NCBI GenBank assembly: GCA_964057225.1
Contig: OZ059895.1
Span: 14,136,001 to 14,200,000, forward strand
Origin: Auanema rhodensis
Taxonomy: Eukaryota; Animalia; Nematoda
Direction of reading: 5' to 3'
Length of the DNA: 64,000 nucleotides
Below are positions 55,980-64,000 of the stretch, piece after piece. Position 1 is the stretch's first letter; each line of letters starts with the position of its first letter. The notes below the pieces were generated by a model, which saw nothing but the letters and a program-made list of their open reading frames with translations, was not told the origin of the DNA and did not search any database. The position numbers were made by a program, and so were the translations under genes.

Positions 55980-56621
55980 TGAATTAAATAAATGAAATTC
56001 CTTTGAGAAAATCTAATTGATAATGAACTAAAACGTTTCTACAGTATTCCCTTAGGCAACATAATTTGACCAAAAACTTCATTAATCGAAGGTTATTGCA
56101 TCATCAAAACAGCTTCATTTAAGTCAAAAAAATTGAAAAAAATAAAGTTTTCTTGTAATATGAATGAAGAAGACAAACTTTCTATTGTTTTAAATCCGAA
56201 AAAATAGATGGAAAGAACACATTTTGTTGGAAAAAAATGATGGAAATGAGTTGGGAAAGCCATATGGAATTGGTCGACGTTACTATTCTTCGATTCGTTA
56301 CTTTCTGGTCTCCATATACGTCTTCGACGTGCTTTACCCTCTTGCATTTCTTCTATTTTTCCTTTTTCAAGTCATCTATCACATAGTTAATCCATCCATA
56401 TACATAGAAAGAGAATATTTTCTGTTTCATTATGACTAACTTAAACCTCAAACAGCTACTACTATGTATATCGTTTCTATCATTCATATTTGAAAATCTT
56501 CTAACTTCACAATTTTTAAAATTAAAATTATTTTTTCAATTCTTTTCAAGACCTTTTTTTTGTTATTTTTTTCAAAAATTAAATTCTTCTTTTTAGATAT
56601 TTTGATTGGAAAATATCTAAA

Positions 56622-57510
56622 ATGCCTTTTCTAACTATCGATACAAGTACCTATGACAGCAGTGAAGCTATTCGTAGACAACTCACAGAAAAGGTTATTG
56701 TCGCTCAGCTTAGTTTGGATGAAAATCATTTTTTTTTGAATTTATAGTTGGATGAATTGAACTATGTGATTAACTTGACAAGTAAATTCTTGGGAATTTA
56801 TCAAGGACCCGATAAGCCTAAAGAACATTTAGCATTATTCTTATATTCAACTAGAAAAGTTTTTTTCAAGTTTTAAGCTTTTGTAATTTCAATTGAATTA
56901 TATTTAAGGTCTGGAGCTGTTTGTTAACTATGCTATTATTCATTGGATTATTAATATCTGTTGTTAAAACTCCAATAGCTGTTACATCCATATATCTTAC
57001 TGGATATATAGATTTCTTATTTTTATTTTATTATAATTGGTCTCGAATGGAAAAACGCTTCTTTCGAAGCCTTATGCATAGCTCAACAGGCGTTGGAATT
57101 CTGAAACGATTCAGCTACTTGTCCAGAATTAGGGTACATTACAACTTTCTTTATCTTTTTCATTTTTAATTTTTAAGAGAAAAGATTCTTTCTATATTTC
57201 AGAATGTCAGTATTTTTCTGGCTTTGCTCATCGTTGTCGTAGCTTTTGCTATGATATCATCAGCATTATTTAACATAACTAATCAATTATTTCCAACTAA
57301 TCATTTTACTATTCGTAATGATATTATTCGAATCTTTTATTTGGCTTGCTTTAGTATAATCCTATTATCAATACCAGCAGCAAATTGTATCTGTTTCTCA
57401 TATTTAAACCAAATTATGGTTGAATATGAAATTTTCAACAATGATTTCAAGACTGATGATAATACTTATCAGGTAAATCAACTCTTTCAGCAACATATTA
57501 TCAACGGTTT

Positions 57511-57543
<33 letters not shown>

Positions 57544-57957
57544 TTGCAACACACACACACACAGACATACGTGGCTATTTGCGTTCAAAAAACTATATTT
57601 TCTTTTTTCTTTTTTTGCAAAAAATCTGCAAATAAGCAGCTTGTTTCATCTATGAAATGGAAGATCATATATGGAAATACAACAAATGATGATGACTTTT
57701 GTGTATTGCTTATACTAGATTTTAAATTTGAAAGAAGGAGAGAAGAAGAATAGAATCTTGACTGAACTTCGATTCTAAGGGACTGAGGAGATTCAATAGG
57801 CGCTTGTGTGACAATGTTTCCAAGGAAAGCTGGCGACATACAGCGTGAGATTTGTAGATGGAAGTACAGAGTCCAAAGAGTAGGAGGAGAGTATACCCTT
57901 CAACTAAGAGGAAAAGAGAAATGTAGCCAAGAAGAAAAAGAAATCTCAGATATAAAA

Positions 57958-58021
<64 letters not shown>

Positions 58022-58685
58022 TATTTCTAAAATAAAAATTTGTTTTCAGATAGCCGTTACACGTCATTATGCATATGCTCATTTCCGTATTTATAAAACA
58101 TTTAAAATAATACAACATTCAATAAGGTAAATTATATATATTATACAGTAATTTTATAAATATTTATAGTTATTGGATATCAATTCATTTAATAATTAAT
58201 ATAATTATTATAATCAAATCATTGATTTATTTATTAAATTTTCAATATGAGCCAACGAATATTATAAGTAATGTATTAGCTTCTGGACCTATCAGCTTTT
58301 ACCTTGTAAGCTGTTTATTTCAATCAATATGCTTCTTCTATATGTCTATTGATCTACGAGCTGAAATGATTCGTTTGAAGCAACTAATGATGAGTTTGTT
58401 GATTGGTCAACGAATACTACATGATCAGGTTTGAGAATAAGCTGTTAATGCTTCTAAATCGAACAAATTGTGACATGTTTCAGACATATTCCTTATGTAT
58501 AGCCTTTACTACACATCTTCAATTTCATAAGTATGGCATAAACTTCCTTCATTTAACCATAATTGATCGGCAATTTCTTAATTTAGTATGAAAAACAATA
58601 TGATTATCCTATTTCTTATATATATTTTCAGATTTTAGCTGGTTCTCTAACATATATACTATTATGTCTACAGAAATCAACATAA
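56622..58685 (+). CDS. Gustatory receptor family (GR/GUR-like 7TM ion-channel chemoreceptor), ~8 exons
   Basis: MPFLTIDT...LTEK | LDELNYV...TRK | VWSCLLTM...SRIR | NVSIFL...NTYQ | IAVTRHYAYAH... | YWISIHL...HDQ | TYSLC...GINFLHLTIIDRQFLNL | ILAGSLTYILLCLQKST*. The C-terminal TYhhhhhQ motif and the phase-0 3' introns are GR-family hallmarks. Confidence 0.8.
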
Positions 58686-59108
58686 TTAACTATATTTAAC
58701 TATATATGTAATATTATATTTTTTTATTTTTTATCCAAAGAAGAAAAAGATTATTTGTTTTTAATTGATTTATTCGTTCTAGAGATCAACAATGTGAAAA
58801 TGAATGAAAAATCTACGAATGACCCTGAGTAGCATGAATGGAGTAAGACTAAATCTTTTTGTTGTTTTGTTTGTTTTTGGATCAAAAGTTGGAAAGAGGT
58901 GCATAGAGGTTTGGGAAAAACAAAGTTTTTGATGAAAAGATATAAACGATTATATACATCCATAATATTGAATGAACAACAAATTAAATATACAGATATG
59001 ACGATGATGATGATGATGATGATGATATCATCCATCTAGATTCAGAATCCTACATATTGATTCAGAATCTAATGTTATAACAGTCAGGAGGGTAAATCAA
59101 CTGAATGC

Positions 59109-62100
59109 TTAGACTGCCCCAACAAACTTCTCAGATGTCAATTGATGAATAAGATTCTGATTAAGCTGGAAGTTTGTCTCCAAAAGCATTGAACGATTCA
59201 ACAGAGTAAGCTGAAATGAAGTTTGTATTAGGAAATTCTCTTCAATTAATCATCGCTGTACCTTTGGCTTTTGAAGTTTGAATAGAGGATGAACTGGAAT
59301 AGGAATTCCTTGCTTCAGAATATCGTTGACCATACGTTGAAGGATTTCGCGTGATAGGAAGCCAGCATCATCTAACTCATCTTGAACTAAGACAGTTGGA
59401 GTCTTGGTAATCTGAATGATATATGAATGAAGATGAATGAAGAATGAGTTGTAATACCAATTGAATGTTGTCGAGTTGTACACGTCCACGAACGGTACGT
59501 GAGGATAGCTTCATCTTCATGGTAGCATCAATATGAATTTCCATTTTACCGATTGGAATCTCAGCTGTTTGTTCAATAGCATGAATCTCAATCATTCCAA
59601 CCAGTTGGAACTTGATACCTCCTGAGATACGACAAGTTGATTATTCATTCGGTGAAATGGTTTTACCTTGACTTTCTGGGGCAACAGCTACTGATGGAGC
59701 TTTAAGTGTGGAGAATAAGAAGGCAACACCCTTATTTGGAACCTAAATGCTTTGAATTAAAGCTTAATGGATAGAATAAGTTGTAAACCATTTCACGAAG
59801 AGTTGGGAATAAGTCTCCGACGCAGAATAGGGAACCAGTACTGATATCACAGGTTGTTCTCATAACGGAGCCAAATTGAGCAGTTTTTGGATCAACACGA
59901 GTATTGAAGAGACCAGTTCTGAAGAAAATCAATTGAATAGTTTGCATAATTAGTATAGTTATCATACTTATGTCCATGATACATTAATGTGTTTGGAACA
60001 TAGTCTGATACCATGATTTGAAGCATAGATGCGGATGACATGGCTGGTAAAGTTAGGACTCGTGGACCAAATGGAGTTGCTTTTCCCTTAGCTATAAAAC
60101 ACATAATTAGCATAATTGTATGTAAAATAAACAAAAAATGTGATCAAAATCAGCTTACAAGTGATTTCTCCAGCAGTAGCTATCTCAATACCAAGATCAG
60201 TAACAATTGGAGCATCAACAAGACCATAATCAAGAATAAGATCATCAGCACGAGACTATAATAATAATAAAATGAATAAGTTTCTATTTAACTAGTAACT
60301 AACCAGGTTGAAACTATTCAAGAAAGCATGAACAGCTTGACGTTTAACTTGATGAGATCCCGAAGAAAAATCAGCTTGTCGTGGAGCTCTAATCATGATT
60401 CTAAAAAAAAGAAATTGAAATGTTTCGTTTGCGATTTGATCAGAAATCGTACGGTTGTTGAGCAGCTTCACGTCTCATCTGTACGAATCGTCCAATACGT
60501 TCATCTGGACTCATCATACGAGTTGTCATAATACGTCGTTGATTAGGGCTGATAACGAATGGTCCACGCATTGGAGCTTGTCTCATCATCATGGACGATC
60601 TGAGAAGCACGCTTTGAACAAGAAAAATGAAGCAATATGCTCACCTCATGCTTGGTTGCATAACAACTTGTTGTTGCATCATAGGTCTCATATTTGGAGC
60701 TTGTTGTGGCAAAATCATAACTCTTGGAGGAGAATCAATTGCAATGCTATTTTGACCGATAGAACTGAAGAAAATAAAAATAATCTTTTTGTATTTAAAA
60801 CCTAAGCAGCTTACTCTTGTCGAGTTTGACGATTTTGAGCAGAATCTGATGATAAACTACGAACTAAATCAAAATCTTTTGTCTCACCAAGTGAGATTTT
60901 TGTGGATAAAAATCCGAAACGTTGATTAATCTGAAAAGAAATTTCATGTTTATTTGAATAAATTCTCTTATTTCTAATGAATCCTATGATATATGATAAC
61001 ATACTCGATTATCTATGATGAAAGCCAAACGTGGGCAGACGATCTTCTCGAAGATTGATTGACCATCCTTGGAAATGGCGTCCTTGAAATGAAAATTAGA
61101 GAAATGGAATTCAAAACAAATTATATTTTTCTATTATGTTGTCATATATTATATTAATTATATACAGTTTGTCATTAATAATAAATTACTTACAGCTAAT
61201 TTAGCTCCGGTTTCAGGTGTCAAAGCCTTCTGAACTGCAAGTGTGACTGGAATCTTTTGAGTCACGGAACAGCTATCAAGCTGAAATTTTTTAAAATTTT
61301 TGTTTTTTTTCCTAATAAACAGAATAGATTATATACTTTAAGATGAAGATTTCCTTGTTCATTACGTCCAATTTTGACATTAACTTGGAGAGAAAATTTG
61401 CTGGTTCTAATCTCTAATGGCCCTTCAACAGCTACACCATCAACAAATCCAGATCCAAGAGCAGTAACACTGTAATATAGTTTATATTAATTATATTAAC
61501 TATATTATATTTCATATAATATTACCTTAAATTAATATTTGGTAATTGAACATTAATAGCTGATGGTGGTAATGATTTAACAATAAAGTTTTCAGGACTT
61601 TCAAGTAATCTCAAACGTAAGTTGGACAATGCTGCACTTGGTAATGTTGAAAGCTAAAAATTATAAATTAAATATAATATGTGGAATGTGAAAGATAAAA
61701 GCAACCGATCTACATTCAAATTATTCAAATAATAAAATTTGAATTGTCACGTATTTTCACGTGAAAGGATAGCTAACTCACGTGTATTTCATTGGCTTCA
61801 TTAGGAAGCTGAAGAGTTAGTACTTCATTAGTTAATGCTTTAGCAACAATAGATGAAACATATGTAGTTCCAACTTGAGTTAAACGTGCACGAACACCTG
61901 GTCCAGACTAGAAGTTCAGGTAATATGCTTTCATTGAAAATTTTAAAAAAATGAAAACAAGCTTATTCCAAGCTTATATGAATACTAAAACATACTAATG
62001 ATGCATCAGGTTTAAGAATATCATTAAGTACATCTATATCATTCTGAGCATATCCAAAGTTAAAATAGCAGAAAGTGATAATCTAAAAGAATTTTAAAAT

Positions 62101-62184
62101 ATATATATTGATTTATTTAAAAATAATATTAATAATATTAAAATTATTAATAATTTATGTAATAATTACCAAAAATAATCGCAT
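59109..62184 (-). CDS. BPI/LBP/CETP (TULIP) family secreted lipid-binding protein, many short exons
   Basis: Signal peptide MRLFL|IITFCYFNFGYAQ, then GPGVRARLTQVGTTYVS, TPFGPRVLTLP, MLQIMVSDYVPNTLMYH, CVGDLFPTL, VNDILKQGIPIPVHP, ending LTSEKFVGAV*. Confidence 0.88.
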
Positions 62185-64000
62185 AATCCAAGATATATCG
62201 TTTGTTTGAAGTAATCTGATTGACTAATAAGATCAAGAATATACTGAAGAATGTGAAATATAAAATATATTAAAGAAAAATGAATGAATGAATGAAGAAG
62301 AAGAAGAAGAAGATGTATTTAAGTTTGAACATGAAGACAATGGCTATTTAAATACTTTTTTATTTCCATTTGTTTTAATTTTCTTAAGTTTAAGGTCGTA
62401 TTAGCCTGCGGGCATATTACAACATAGGTGCGAAAACAAAAGACATCGAAACTAATGGTCGAACTTATGTAACTTCATTTCCGATTTCTTTTCTCGTTCT
62501 AACATTTCCATCTCTTTTCAATTTCAAATACTGTTCCTTTTTAAAAATCATCAAAATTTAAAAAGAAGAAGAAGAAGAAATGAGATTAGAAGAAAAGAGA
62601 ATAAAGAAAAAAAAAAGAAATAAAAGGTGAAATATTAAAAAATAAAAAGTCTTCTATATCAGCATAAGTTATAACTTTATTATAATTATATAAATAATTA
62701 TATATTAAATATATTTAAAGCTTTCTGTTTAAAGATAATACTTTATGAACTTTTGTGATGTAAGACTATAATATTTCAGATACGATGAAACTTTATATAA
62801 GGAGAAATGTTACAACAACAACATATATTGAAGAAACAATATGTATTCTCTTTATCAAATACACATGTAATATTTGAGATGAAACAAAAAAAAAAAAAAA
62901 AAAGAAAAGAATAGAGAACGGAAACTTGTATTCGAGATTGAAAAACCGTTTTGTCGTTTACATCAGCATCAAAAGCTTTATATGGAAATTAAGGAAAATC
63001 GTATGATATATGACCTTGTTCTTTAAAAAAAAAACTTTTTTTCATACAATATCATATGTTATATAACTATATGTTTATTATGTTGTTTTCTAATAAGTTT
63101 TTTTTTGTACAAAACAAATCGAATAATACGAGGACGTGTCGATGTATCTTAGAATATATGTAGGTTCAGGTCAAAAATCATAGAATTTCGATTTTTCGCA
63201 TAAAAAAGTTCAAATTATGATCATTAAAAATAACTGTGACGTTATATCACGATACATATTTTAGAAGGCAGATAAGAGAAAAAACTTGTTAAAGAACAGC
63301 TAAGAAAGTTTCAAAAATCAAAAGTTTCGGAAGAAAGTTCAATAAGATTCTATAGGTCAAAAGGTGAAAAATGTATATTTTCATGGAATAATTGAAGTAA
63401 AAAGAAAGAAAACGAAGAAAAATATTATATAATTCAACGTTTTACGAAAGCATAGTATGTTTCTGAAACTTATGTTTCGAAGTAAAAGAGCAGCATGACA
63501 GGCGTGGAATGATTTTATATACCCTGAGGCATGTTCGAACGGTCAATTTCATTGTTCTATTGTGATGATGATGCAGGTGCAGTTAGACAGAATTCAACTT
63601 TTTTCCAAACGAATTCGAATTAGGCAGTTGTGTCCTAATAAACAACAAACATGACACAACAAGATAACAAAATAGAAAGGAAAACATCACATTAAATGAT
63701 TCTTGAACGGACAACTTCTTCAAAATATCATTCAGAAGATGATGTTTAGACGCTGGACAACAAACATTTTCCTTTTTTTTTGTTGTTGGTTTTCTTTCTA
63801 ATTTGAATATTTTAATTTAATAAAATATGTTTATTATAATCTATATACATATAGTTAACTCATATCATTTGATTAATTTCTTTTTTGCCCTACCATCAAC
63901 TCAGCACCACGCTTATTCTCGTCCAATATTGAACTTGAAAAGAAGCATTTTCTCGAGTGTGGGAATAATGCGCGAAAATCATAAAAGAGATAGATGACTC

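Noticed and set aside
43861-58118. ORFs with LSLSLS or ERERER runs
   Set aside because: They are translations of CT/GA microsatellites.
63120-63260. Mariner-like terminus (TACGAGG…)
   Set aside because: No matching inverted partner or transposase remnant was found within the window.

Overview
This is AT-rich nematode genomic DNA, judged from the canonical SL1 leader, short GT-AG introns with TTTCAG acceptors and nematode chemoreceptor families. The apparent 340-bp satellite filling 1-25005 is a tandem array of spliced-leader (SL1) RNA genes. Each unit carries GGTTTAATTACCCAAGTTTGAG|GT, a stem II, an Sm site (AAATTTTGG) and a terminal hairpin, and I found no 5S rRNA in the unit. There are about 74 copies in block 1, 7 full copies plus one 5'-truncated copy in block 2 (28101-30776), and a solitary copy at 33896 with a diverged upstream region next to a MITE with an 8-bp TSD. 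Between the SL blocks lie an intact Str/Srj-type chemoreceptor, a carboxylesterase remnant cut by block 2, and an Srh-type chemoreceptor. The rest of the window holds a decayed mariner, a small two-exon secreted peptide precursor, a probably myristoylated globin-like gene that appears to lack the proximal His, a ~13-kb microsatellite-rich intergenic tract, a gustatory-receptor-family gene and a BPI/LBP-family gene. All gene models were spliced and translated by hand; no database searches were run.
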